The notes under the pieces: model-generated
Seen by the model: the letters and a program-made list of their open reading frames with translations, nothing else
Databases searched by the model: none
Told to the model about the DNA's origin: nothing
In this document: in pieces, positions 1-8,947 of the stretch
Layout: each line of letters begins with the position of its first letter
Numbering within the stretch: the stretch's first letter is position 1
From: an uncultured Bacilli bacterium
GTDB taxonomy: Bacteria > Bacillota_I > Bacilli_A > RF39 > UBA660
Length of the DNA stretch: 46,371 bases
Assembly (NCBI GenBank): GCA_944363675.1
Contig: CALVUT010000084.1
Coordinates: 1 to 46,371, forward strand
Direction of reading: 5' to 3'
Position numbers and translations under genes: made by a program

Positions 1-90
1 AGTGATGGAACTGATTATCGCCTTCAAGAAGGACAAAAGAAGCAAGAAAAAGTTAAAACTTTAACAAAACAACCAGATGATAATCAATAA
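1..90 (+). CDS. 3' end of an unidentified gene (partial)
   Basis: Frame 1 is open from the window edge to TAA at 88-90 (...SDGTDYRLQEGQKKQEKVKTLTKQPDDNQ*). A stem-loop follows. Too short to assign a family. Confidence 0.3.
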   Translation, partial: SDGTDYRLQEGQKKQEKVKTLTKQPDDNQ

Positions 91-100
91 TATATTAATA

Positions 101-137
101 AAAGGACTGTATGAAGTAATTTCATTACAGTCCCTTT
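101..137. terminator. Bidirectional stem-loop between convergent genes
   Basis: aaaggactgtatgaa / ttcattacagtcccttt form an imperfect long stem flanked by A- and T-runs. It lies between the stop at 88-90 (+) and the stop at 137-139 (-). Confidence 0.5.
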
Positions 138-1000
138 TAATAATTTGTAATCGTTTTTAAATCCGAAATGTACTGATTCATAATAGAAATATAAGTTTCA
201 TTATTAGCGCGATTTTCTTCACTTAAAGTATGCATCATATTAACTGGCATTGAAGTAATATTCGTGCCACTTTTTAACTCTTGTAAGACCTCGCTATCTT
301 CTTCACTTGCCTTAGTAAGAATATATTGATAAATGCCAGAATTAAAATTGCTTTTTAAGGAACTCAAGTTTGAAGTATTTGGCTCATAATCTTCCAAAGA
401 AATAACCGTAAAACCATAATCCTCTAAATATTTGAAAACATTTGATGAAGCAACAATAGTCTCTTGACCACGACTCTGAGCATCCTTAGCAATTCGTCTT
501 ATTTCGGCATCCATAATGGATAAAGTTTCTTCTAATTCATCATAATTTTCTTCAATTTCTGCATTAATATACTTAGAACCGATTTGATCTTGAAGACCAT
601 CCTTAATATTAGAAGCCAACATCAAATAATTACTCGGGCTCAACCACAATTCCTCAACACCATACTTATATTTCAAGCCGTATGCTGCGTCAATAATCTT
701 TAAGCGTTTGTTTTCGTGAACAAAATCATTAGCAATTTGTTTTTCACTCGTTGTCCCATTATAAATAAATAAAGTTCCGTCACTGTAAGTCTCAACTTGT
801 TTGTCTGTTAAAGTATAATTTGCTACATCTGTACCATCAGGATAAATCGAAGAAGTAGTAGAATGACTTCCATACAATTGCTCAGTTAAATAGGAAATAG
901 GATAGACGGTCGTATAAATCGTCGCATTTTCTAAGTCATTACAACCAGTTAAAAGTAAAATAATTCCTCCCAAAATAATACTACTTAATATCTTTTTCAT
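137..1000 (-). CDS. Lipoprotein, TroA/ZnuA-like (cluster 9) metal ABC-transporter substrate-binding protein family
   Basis: Lipobox LLLTGC in the N-terminal signal. IYTTVYPISYLTEQLYG...LFIYNG pattern and ~290 aa size are typical of this SBP fold. Family assignment by eye. Confidence 0.6.
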   Translation of the reverse strand: MKKILSSIILGGIILLLTGCNDLENATIYTTVYPISYLTEQLYGSHSTTSSIYPDGTDVANYTLTDKQVETYSDGTLFIYNGTTSEKQIANDFVHENKRLKIIDAAYGLKYKYGVEELWLSPSNYLMLASNIKDGLQDQIGSKYINAEIEENYDELEETLSIMDAEIRRIAKDAQSRGQETIVASSNVFKYLEDYGFTVISLEDYEPNTSNLSSLKSNFNSGIYQYILTKASEEDSEVLQELKSGTNITSMPVNMMHTLSEENRANNETYISIMNQYISDLKTITNY

Positions 1001-1226
1001 TCATTCCACCTCCTTTTAAGGGTTGATAGCCATATAACCCGCCAGGTCGACATTTTAGGACTCTTTTTATTCCTAAATAACAGCCTTTAAGACATCCATA
1101 CTCGTTAATTGCTTCAATGGTGTACTCGCTGCAAGTAGGAATGCAACGGCAAAAACTATGACTGGCTAAAGGTGTAATTTGATAACAGCGAATTAAAAAA
1201 ATAAAAACTCTTTTCGTAACTATCAC
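981..1226 (-). CDS. yidD: Membrane protein insertion efficiency factor YidD
   Basis: 81 aa with the YidD core LIRCYQITPL...FCRCIPTCSEYTIEAI...G. GTG start has a poor RBS, so the start is uncertain. Overlaps the downstream lipoprotein gene by 20 nt. Confidence 0.8.
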   Translation of the reverse strand: MIVTKRVFIFLIRCYQITPLASHSFCRCIPTCSEYTIEAINEYGCLKGCYLGIKRVLKCRPGGLYGYQPLKGGGMNEKDIK

Positions 1227-1344
1227 CTACTGGTATTTTACTACAAAAAGGTTTTCTTGTCCAATAAGAAAGTAATACATAAAACTATAATTTTTCTCGA
1301 AAATTAACTTTTTGTGTAGTATAATGAACTAGGAGGTTATAAAT

Positions 1345-2001
1345 ATGGAGTTTGAAAACTTTTTTTTGCAACGAGGAATCAATCTTAAAAACCCTAAGCA
1401 AATGCAGACAGCCTTTACTCACACATCTTATGCTAATGAACATCATGTTGAGTCGTATGAACGTTTAGAATTTTTAGGCGATGCCGTTTTAGAAGTCATT
1501 ACTAGTGAATATTTTTATTTAAACACTGATTTAAAAGAAGGCGATATGACAAAAATAAGAGCAAGTTACGTTTGTGAACATGCCTTAGCCACATATGCCA
1601 AGGAAATAGGCTTAAATAAATATATTCGTGTTGGTCACGGACAACAAGAAAATGTCAATGATACAATTATTGCCGACGTTTTTGAAAGTGTTTTAGGAGC
1701 CTTATACTTAGATGCAGGTTACGAAGCAGCTAAAACTTATGCCTATCAAATCATCGTGCCATACATTGAAAAAAAAGCTGTTTTTTTAACAGATTATAAA
1801 TCTGCCTTACAAGAAATGGTTCAAACCGACAAAGAAAGTCTAACTTATGACTTAGTCAAAGAAGAAGGACCAGCGCATGACAAAACGTTTACAGTGAATG
1901 TCGTCATTGATGGCATCATTTATGGTACAGGAGTAGGTAAAAGTAAGAAGGAAGCAGAACAAAAAGCTGCCTATGATGCCTACCAAAAGAGGGCGAAGTA
2001 A
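1345..2001 (+). CDS. rnc: Ribonuclease III
   Basis: RNase III signature ERLEFLGDAVLE. C-terminal dsRNA-binding domain (GPAHDKTFTV...GKSKKEAEQKAA). RBS aggagg 7 nt upstream of the ATG. Confidence 0.92.
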   Translation: MEFENFFLQRGINLKNPKQMQTAFTHTSYANEHHVESYERLEFLGDAVLEVITSEYFYLNTDLKEGDMTKIRASYVCEHALATYAKEIGLNKYIRVGHGQQENVNDTIIADVFESVLGALYLDAGYEAAKTYAYQIIVPYIEKKAVFLTDYKSALQEMVQTDKESLTYDLVKEEGPAHDKTFTVNVVIDGIIYGTGVGKSKKEAEQKAAYDAYQKRAK

Positions 2002-2002
2002 T

Positions 2003-4948
2003 ATGAAACTAAAAAGTATTCGTGCATATGGATTTAAATCTTTTGCAGACAAAATTGATATCGAACTAAAAAGCAATATAACAGCTATTGTCGGCCCAAA
2101 TGGTTCAGGCAAAAGTAATATTGTCGATGCGGTTCGTTGGGTTTTAGGAGAACAATCTGTAAAAAGTCTTCGCGGCAGCACTGCCATGAGTGATGTTATC
2201 TTTGCAGGAAGTGAAACAAGGAGCCCTTTAAAACGATGCGAAGTGGCTTTAACTTTTGATAATACCGATCATTTTTTAAATACGGATCTTACGGATGTCG
2301 AAGTAAAACGAATTTTATATCATACAGGCGAAAACGAATATTACATCAACAATGCCAAAGTTCGTCTAAAAGACATTACCAATCTCTTTTTAGACAGTGG
2401 CATAGGTGTAGATTCCTTTAATATTATTAGTCAAGGAAATATTGAATCTATTGTCAATTCTAAACCTTACGATCGCCGAGTGATTTTAGAAAGTGCCGCA
2501 GGTGTCTTAAAGTATAAAAATCGGAAAAATGAAAGCGTTCGTAAATTAGAGAAAACAAAAGACAATCTTGAAAAGGTTTCTTTAGTAACCGATGAACTAG
2601 CCTTAACCGTAGAGCCATTAAAAGAACAAAGTACCGTGGCGAAAAAGTTTTTAGAATACAAAAGTGAATTAGAAAATCTTGAAATTTCTTTAACAACGTA
2701 TGATATCACGCATATTCATGATACTTATAATGTATTACTAAAAGAAGTTCAAGATTTAGAAAGCCAAAAAGAAGCTTTAGAACTAAAAAGTGGCAAAGGG
2801 GATACTGAAACCGAAAAACTAAAAGTAAAGCAGCTTCATTTAGATGAACAAATCGCCACATTTAACCAAAAATTAGTGGATTTGAATGAAGAATTAGCCA
2901 AACTAAATAGTGAAAAAACTTTACTTTTAGAACGGCAAAAATATGAAATTGATCAAGCAAAAATCGATGAAGACTTAATGAATTTAAAGGAAACAGAATT
3001 AGCAATCCAAAAAGAGCTAGCCGTCGTAACCTACGAAGTAGAAGAAAAGAAAAAAGCCTTGGATGCTGCCAAAAAAGAATTGGGAGACTTAGAAGAACGA
3101 CAAAGCCTTTTAACCATTCAAAAGAAACATTTAGATGTCGAATACGACAACACTTCGCGTAACCAATTTATCTTAAGGAATAAAATAAATCTTTTAGAAG
3201 CCAATCTAGAGCAAGATATGACTTTACCAACATCCGTAAAAAATGTCATCAATCATCCCCGTCTAAAAGGAATATTAGGAACGATAGGAAAAGTAATCGA
3301 TGTTCCATCACTATACACAATTGCGATAGACATTGCCTTAGGCGCTTCTTCAAACTTTATTATTACAGAAGACGAAAAATGTGCCAGTGCAGCCGTAAAT
3401 TATTTAAAAGAAAATCACTTAGGCCGCGCTACGTTTTTTCCTTTAAATATTATTAAAGAACGTTTTATTCCCGCCAGCGATTTACAGATTGCTAAAAAAA
3501 TGGATGGATATTTAGGCGTAGCAAACGATTTAATTGCATATGATTCCAAATATGCTCCAGTAATAAAAAATCAATTAGGAAATGTTTTAATCGTGAAAAA
3601 TCTAGAAACGATGAATCAATTAGGTAAGGCCTTACAATATCGTTATCGTATTGTTACTTTAGAAGGAGAAATTTTACACGCTGGTGGATCCATTACTGGT
3701 GGATCAATCAAAAGACAAAATAGTACATTAAAAGATCGTCAAGAGCTAGCAAATTTAAAAATCGAGTTAGAAAATAACGAATATTCATTAAAAGGATTAG
3801 AAAAAAAGAAAGAGGAATTTTCGGAAGAGCAAAGAACGATAGCTGAAGAAATCTTCAGATTAGAAAAAGAAGTATATTCATCATCTGAAATGTCTAATCA
3901 AAAAGAAAATGCCCAAAAAATGCTTGAAGAAAAATTGAAAGAAACCCAAGAAAAAACCAAAAATGCAAATATGCTCAGTGCTGGAACAATTGAAGCTTCT
4001 TTATTTGAAACAATGGAAAAGAAAGAACAATCAGAAATAGAAAAAACAAAAATCACCAAAAAACTAGAGGAAGCGCAAAAGCAAAAGAGTGACATTGCTT
4101 CGCAGATTGCCTCTTTAGAAAATGCCTATCGAGAACAGAATAGTGCTTATCATAAAATAGAAACAGAACTAAAAAATCATGAAATAGAAATTGGTAAATT
4201 AGATACAAAAATGGATTATTTATTGAATATTTTAAGCGAAGAGTACCATATAACTTATGAAAAAGCCAAGACAGATTATTTATTGGATTTAGAGCCGGAA
4301 ATTGCCCGTAGTAAAGTTGCGTCTCTCAAAAAGCAAATGAAAGACTTGGGTGAAGTTAACCTTGGTAGTATTGCTGAATATGATCGTCTAAAAGAAAGAT
4401 ATGAATTTTTAACAACGCAAAAGAACGATTTAGAAAAATCATGTGATGAACTATATAAGGTCATTGACGAAATGGACGGAATTATGAAAGAAAAACTCGT
4501 CACTGCCTTTGCTAAAATTGAAAGTGAATTTCAAAAGGTATTTAAAAAAATGTTTAAAGGTGGAACCGGTTTACTAAAATTAACCGATCCGGATAATATC
4601 TTAGAAACAGGTATTGAAATCATCGCTGAACCACCAGGAAAAAAATTAAATAATATTCAGCTTTTATCTGGCGGGGAAAAAACACTCACGGCAATTTCAC
4701 TTCTGTTTGCTATTTTAAATGTGTATCCTGTTCCTTTCTGTATTTTAGATGAAGTAGAAGCGGCTTTAGATGAAGCCAATGTCGATACCTTTGGAGCTTA
4801 CCTCCAAGAGCAAAAAGAGAAAAGTGAATTCTTATTGATTACCCATAAAAAACGGACAATGGAATATGCAACAACCTTATATGGCATTACCATGCAAGAA
4901 CAAGGTGTTTCTAAAATTGTCAGTGTAAAACTAGAAGAAGATAAATAG
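2003..4948 (+). CDS. smc: Chromosome segregation protein SMC
   Basis: N-terminal Walker A GPNGSGKSN, long coiled coils, hinge, C-terminal LSGGEK signature and Walker B ILDEVEAALD. Start set to ATG 2003 (MKLKSIRAYGFKSF), 2 nt after the rnc stop, instead of the ORF-track ATG at 1973. Confidence 0.92.
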   Translation: MKLKSIRAYGFKSFADKIDIELKSNITAIVGPNGSGKSNIVDAVRWVLGEQSVKSLRGSTAMSDVIFAGSETRSPLKRCEVALTFDNTDHFLNTDLTDVEVKRILYHTGENEYYINNAKVRLKDITNLFLDSGIGVDSFNIISQGNIESIVNSKPYDRRVILESAAGVLKYKNRKNESVRKLEKTKDNLEKVSLVTDELALTVEPLKEQSTVAKKFLEYKSELENLEISLTTYDITHIHDTYNVLLKEVQDLESQKEALELKSGKGDTETEKLKVKQLHLDEQIATFNQKLVDLNEELAKLNSEKTLLLERQKYEIDQAKIDEDLMNLKETELAIQKELAVVTYEVEEKKKALDAAKKELGDLEERQSLLTIQKKHLDVEYDNTSRNQFILRNKINLLEANLEQDMTLPTSVKNVINHPRLKGILGTIGKVIDVPSLYTIAIDIALGASSNFIITEDEKCASAAVNYLKENHLGRATFFPLNIIKERFIPASDLQIAKKMDGYLGVANDLIAYDSKYAPVIKNQLGNVLIVKNLETMNQLGKALQYRYRIVTLEGEILHAGGSITGGSIKRQNSTLKDRQELANLKIELENNEYSLKGLEKKKEEFSEEQRTIAEEIFRLEKEVYSSSEMSNQKENAQKMLEEKLKETQEKTKNANMLSAGTIEASLFETMEKKEQSEIEKTKITKKLEEAQKQKSDIASQIASLENAYREQNSAYHKIETELKNHEIEIGKLDTKMDYLLNILSEEYHITYEKAKTDYLLDLEPEIARSKVASLKKQMKDLGEVNLGSIAEYDRLKERYEFLTTQKNDLEKSCDELYKVIDEMDGIMKEKLVTAFAKIESEFQKVFKKMFKGGTGLLKLTDPDNILETGIEIIAEPPGKKLNNIQLLSGGEKTLTAISLLFAILNVYPVPFCILDEVEAALDEANVDTFGAYLQEQKEKSEFLLITHKKRTMEYATTLYGITMQEQGVSKIVSVKLEEDK

Positions 4949-4953
4949 AACAA

Positions 4954-4985
4954 AAAATGCGAGGAACTTAAATTTCTCGCATTTT
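4954..4985. terminator. Bidirectional terminator between smc and def
   Basis: aaaatgcgag-(12 nt loop)-ctcgcatttt has a 10 bp stem with flanking A/T runs. It overlaps the last codons of def. Confidence 0.55.
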
Positions 4986-5516
4986 ATCTTGGTCTTTATA
5001 AGGATTTTTGGGATCAATTTTATCAACAAACAAAATACCATTTAAATGATCAATTTCATGTTGAAAAGCAATTGCAATATCTTCTCGTACACGAATTTGA
5101 TACTTTTTGCCATTTTCATCGTAGGCTTCAATCGTGATTCGTGCATATCTTGGAACAATTCCTTCAACAGGACGATTAATAGAAAGACAGCCTTCACCCT
5201 CACCAACATAAATTTGTTCTTCACTATGAGACAAAAGTTTAGGATTAATGACAATATAATCTTTGAAACCATCATCGGTTTCTTCCACAATCACAAAAAT
5301 TCGTTTTAATACACCAACTTGTACCGCAGATAAACCCATTCCAGCCCGCAAATGATACTTTTCCTCATATTCTTTTATTTGACTCATTTTTAAATAGGTA
5401 ATCATATCTTGAATCATCTGTCTATCCTTATCCGTAAGTGGAAATGAGACTTCCTTACTTACTTCATGTAGCCTTTTATCAAACTCTTCTAAAATTCTAA
5501 TTTTTGGTAATTCCAT
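4968..5516 (-). CDS. def: Peptide deformylase
   Basis: Motifs GMGLSAVQVG, EGCLS and HEIDHLNG. Start taken at MELPKIRILE (ATG 5516). Confidence 0.9.
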   Translation of the reverse strand: MELPKIRILEEFDKRLHEVSKEVSFPLTDKDRQMIQDMITYLKMSQIKEYEEKYHLRAGMGLSAVQVGVLKRIFVIVEETDDGFKDYIVINPKLLSHSEEQIYVGEGEGCLSINRPVEGIVPRYARITIEAYDENGKKYQIRVREDIAIAFQHEIDHLNGILFVDKIDPKNPYKDQDKMREI

Positions 5517-5558
5517 AGTCCACCTCTCCAAAACAGTACTATTGTAACAAAAAAGCGT

Positions 5559-6344
5559 TTAAAAATAAACCTTTTTCCGACTCAATGGATATGTACCTTG
5601 AATATAGTCCCAATCATTTTTAAAAGAAAGACAAAAAATCTTATATTCTGGCTTTTGATAAATAATTTTAGCAAGTTCATAAAAAACTTTAGCAACGTAA
5701 TTTCTTACTTCACGTCGATAAAAGAAACAATCAAGCTCATATCTAGGATCTACATTCCAATGGACATTTGCAACAGCAAAAGCATAAATAAATCGTTGAT
5801 AAGGCGTATAAACCTCTTCAACAGACATCTGTCGATATGACCTTAAAGTCGTTTCTTTATACAACATGTTTAAGGAAGTGTAAAGACGGCTACTAACTGT
5901 TGAAACAGGTAAATTGGTAATCGAAGCTAATTGACTCAAAGATAAAGCTGGAGTGTTTTGAAGTCCATAATATTTCTCAACCAAAACTCTTTTATCTTTA
6001 GGTAATACCCGCAAAGCCTTTTGTACAAGCAACGGCAACTCTAATTTTTTAAGATCCATCGTGTAGCAATTATTTTGACAAGATACAAGCTGACTAAACT
6101 TTTGCTCTTTCTTCATTTCGTCATATTTTATTAAAAGTTCAGACCAAAACTCTGCTTTGGTAAAATTTTCAATGGATTGTTTCTGATAGAGTAGCAACAT
6201 TGCTTCCTGAACAAAATCTTCACGATCAAACAAATAGTTTTCACTATCCTTATAATATTTGTCCATAAACTCTTCGATCCAGTCCAAATGTTCTTCCCAC
6301 GAAGCTTTAAGCATCTGTCCTTTAAAATTAAACCTTTTTTTCAT
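5559..6344 (-). CDS. Sigma-70-family-like protein with an unassigned ~90 aa C-terminal extension
   Basis: Region-2-like DREDFVQEAMLLLYQ. Region-4 HTH LPKDKRVLVEKYYGL...LSLSQLASITNLPVSTVSSRLYTSLNMLYK. Start at MKKRF (ATG 6344). The tail after residue ~170 has no motif I recognise. Confidence 0.5.
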   Translation of the reverse strand: MKKRFNFKGQMLKASWEEHLDWIEEFMDKYYKDSENYLFDREDFVQEAMLLLYQKQSIENFTKAEFWSELLIKYDEMKKEQKFSQLVSCQNNCYTMDLKKLELPLLVQKALRVLPKDKRVLVEKYYGLQNTPALSLSQLASITNLPVSTVSSRLYTSLNMLYKETTLRSYRQMSVEEVYTPYQRFIYAFAVANVHWNVDPRYELDCFFYRREVRNYVAKVFYELAKIIYQKPEYKIFCLSFKNDWDYIQGTYPLSRKKVYF

Positions 6345-6436
6345 AATATTACCCCCTCTATAGGTATAGAATATAGCATAAAAGAGCCAAATTGTCAAAA
6401 TATCTGCTATAATATAGCTCAAAGAAGGTGTTTAAA

Positions 6437-7354
6437 ATGATAGAAATAAAAGATAACTTGGATGATGCTCGCTTTGTGACCCACGCTGGTTCTTTTCATG
6501 CAGATGATATTTTTGCCACGATTTTTTTAGAAAAAGTATTTCAAAACATTGAACTGTATCGTACCAACGAAATCATCAGTGACATGAAAATTGAAGAGAA
6601 AATAGTTTACGATATTGGTTTAGGAAAATTTGATCATCATCAAAAAGAAGTCAAAACCAGAGAAAACGGTATAAAATATTCCTCTTTTGGCTTATTATTT
6701 GAATGTTTTGGCAAAGAGTATTTACAAAAGCTTTGCCAAGATCATGTCGAAGAAGTCTACCAGATGTATCTCAATGAGCTTGTTTATCAAATAGATGCAA
6801 TCGACAACGGCCAGTTTCCTAAGCTAAATAGCACATATAAAATAACGACGTTGTCTGATATAATTGGTTTATTCAATAAAACATGGTGTGAAGAAAAAGA
6901 GGCCAATCAATGCTTTTTAGAATGTATATCTATAGCCAAATCTATCTATAACCGTATTGAACAAAAAATACTAGATAAAATTAAAGCAAAATCTTTGGTC
7001 GAAACAGCCATTTCCAAAACAAAAGATGAAATACTTATATTAGAAACGTACATGCCTTTTATGGACTTTATCATAAGTTCAACAGATCCCAAAGCAAGCC
7101 AAATTCTTTTTGTAATCACGCCTTCAAATCGTGGTGGATATTCCATTCAAACAGTTCATAAAACACTAGATACCTATGAAAATCGTCTTGATTTTCCAAG
7201 CGAGTGGGGCGGTTTATCGAAAGAAAAATTAGCAAGTAAAACGGGTATTAAAACTTTTCGCTTTTGTCATAAAAACCTTTTCTGTGCGGCGAGCGATACT
7301 CTAGAAGATGCCATTGCCATTGCAAAACTCGCCATTCAAAAAAGAAGGTCATAG
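6437..7354 (+). CDS. MYG1/UPF0160 family metal-dependent hydrolase
   Basis: THAGSFHADDIFA and FDHHQ motifs typical of MYG1. RBS gaaggtg lies 6 nt before ATG 6437. Confidence 0.75.
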   Translation: MIEIKDNLDDARFVTHAGSFHADDIFATIFLEKVFQNIELYRTNEIISDMKIEEKIVYDIGLGKFDHHQKEVKTRENGIKYSSFGLLFECFGKEYLQKLCQDHVEEVYQMYLNELVYQIDAIDNGQFPKLNSTYKITTLSDIIGLFNKTWCEEKEANQCFLECISIAKSIYNRIEQKILDKIKAKSLVETAISKTKDEILILETYMPFMDFIISSTDPKASQILFVITPSNRGGYSIQTVHKTLDTYENRLDFPSEWGGLSKEKLASKTGIKTFRFCHKNLFCAASDTLEDAIAIAKLAIQKRRS

Positions 7355-7369
7355 CCTTCTTTCAATGAA

Positions 7370-7555
7370 TTAATTATTGTTGTTATTAAAACTCCAACCA
7401 GCACCTATGATGATGACTAAAAGAATGAATAACACAATCCATATTGCTGCACCAGCACCATAACCTGATGTATATCCAGCATAGCCTGTATTACAGCATG
7501 GCATTTGATACCCATAGTTACCACCATAGTAGCCATTATTTCCGTAATAATACAT
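7370..7555 (-). CDS. Small Gly/Tyr-rich membrane protein (YjcZ-like sporulation protein type)
   Basis: 61 aa. G/Y-rich N-terminus (YYYGNNGYYGGNYGY...GYGAGA) followed by one TM helix (AIWIVLFILLVIIIGAGW), the architecture of YjcZ-type tiny sporulation proteins. RBS ggaggg upstream. Confidence 0.45.
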   Translation of the reverse strand: MYYYGNNGYYGGNYGYQMPCCNTGYAGYTSGYGAGAAIWIVLFILLVIIIGAGWSFNNNNN

Positions 7556-7728
7556 ATATTACCCTCCTAATCTATCTACTATAGTTTATTGATTTTTTTA
7601 AATTTTGCTATAAAAATCTTAAGAAAAAAGAATAAAAACATTCCTAATAGATTTGTAAAATAAAAAGATTCTTCCTTTTTTTCATTTCTAGTTTAAAAAA
7701 ATTATGATATCATTATACTGGTGGTAGA

Positions 7729-8886
7729 ATGAAATCCTTATTACAAAAAATAGATAAACCTCTTTTTATTTTAATGATTATCTACAGCATTTTAGGAATG
7801 GTGATGATTTTAAGTGCCTCAAGTGTTTCTGCTGTCTTGCGCTACCAAGTATCACCATCATATTTTTTCATTCGCCAAGTTATCTTTGTTGTCTTTTCCT
7901 TTCTTTTAGGCTTCTTTTTTGTCCTAAAACTACCCACAAAAAAGTATAAATACTTAGCCACTTTTTATTTAGCCATCGTTTTAGCTTTACTGTTTTACGT
8001 TTTCAGTTATGGATTTGTTGCGGGCGGAGCCCAAAGCTGGATCGATTTACACTTTTTTAATCTTCAACCAACAGAATTTGCCAAAACAGCGTTGATCATC
8101 TATATGGGAGTCTTTTACGAAAAAAGTATCAAAAAACATAAGCCATTCACGTATAACTTTATTCCTATCTTGATTGCGGTGGTAATCTTCTTCTTTGTTG
8201 CTCAACAACCAGACTTTGGGGGAGCAGCAATCATCGCTGGAATTGTTTTCTTTACTTTCTTAAAAGTTCCTTTTGAAGAAAAAAATAAAGTAAATATTAT
8301 TAAATATATTGGAATAGGTGTTATTGTTGCCGTCATTGCTTTACTTTATAGTGGCTCCGATATTTTTAACAGTGCTCAATTATCCCGGTTAAAATTTGCA
8401 AATCCTTGTCAAAGATATACCGAAGATACAGGTTACCAAGTCTGCAACGGTTTTATTGCCTATCACAACGGAGGATTATTTGGAGTAGGGTTAGGAAACT
8501 CAAGTCAAAAATACTTATATCTACCGGAAGCTCATACCGACTTTATTTTTCCAATATTGGTAGAAGAACTAGGTCTCATTGTTGGAATACTTGTAATTTT
8601 TGGCTATGCATATATGTTATATCGTATTCTAAAAATAGCTAAATCATCAGACAATATTCGCAATGCCCTCATTTGCTATGGCACATTTATCTATCTATTA
8701 CTGCATCTCATTATCAATTTCATGGGTTCTTTAGCACTTATTCCTCTAACAGGCGTTCCAATTCCCTTTTTAAGCTACGGTGGATCGTTTAACATGAACG
8801 TCATATTAATGCTCTTCGTCGTGCAAAGAATTGCCATTGAAAATAAGCAAAATCAAGAAAAACGAGCCTTAGCAATGTTAAGTTAA
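7729..8886 (+). CDS. FtsW/RodA/SpoVE family peptidoglycan glycosyltransferase
   Basis: Polytopic SEDS protein with LQPTEFAK, PEAHTDFIF and PLTGVPIPFLSYGGS motifs. The paralogue type cannot be decided from sequence. Confidence 0.85.
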   Translation: MKSLLQKIDKPLFILMIIYSILGMVMILSASSVSAVLRYQVSPSYFFIRQVIFVVFSFLLGFFFVLKLPTKKYKYLATFYLAIVLALLFYVFSYGFVAGGAQSWIDLHFFNLQPTEFAKTALIIYMGVFYEKSIKKHKPFTYNFIPILIAVVIFFFVAQQPDFGGAAIIAGIVFFTFLKVPFEEKNKVNIIKYIGIGVIVAVIALLYSGSDIFNSAQLSRLKFANPCQRYTEDTGYQVCNGFIAYHNGGLFGVGLGNSSQKYLYLPEAHTDFIFPILVEELGLIVGILVIFGYAYMLYRILKIAKSSDNIRNALICYGTFIYLLLHLIINFMGSLALIPLTGVPIPFLSYGGSFNMNVILMLFVVQRIAIENKQNQEKRALAMLS

Positions 8887-8947
8887 AAAAGTAGCCAAAC
8901 TTTCAAACTTATGGTATACTAATCTAAGATAGAGGAAGAGTGATACT

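Noticed and set aside
1973-2002. ORF-track start of SMC at 1973 (MMPTKRGRSN...), overlapping rnc.
   Set aside because: The extension is the out-of-frame 3' end of rnc. The canonical SMC N-terminus MKLKSIRAYGFKSF begins at ATG 2003.
1852-5309. Antisense or alternative-frame ORFs inside rnc, smc and def (1852-2187, 2460-2709, 3898-4095, 4276-4503, 5042-5290, 5046-5309).
   Set aside because: They lie entirely within strongly supported genes. They have low-complexity S/F/L/I-rich translations typical of the antisense of K/E-rich coding DNA, and no RBS.
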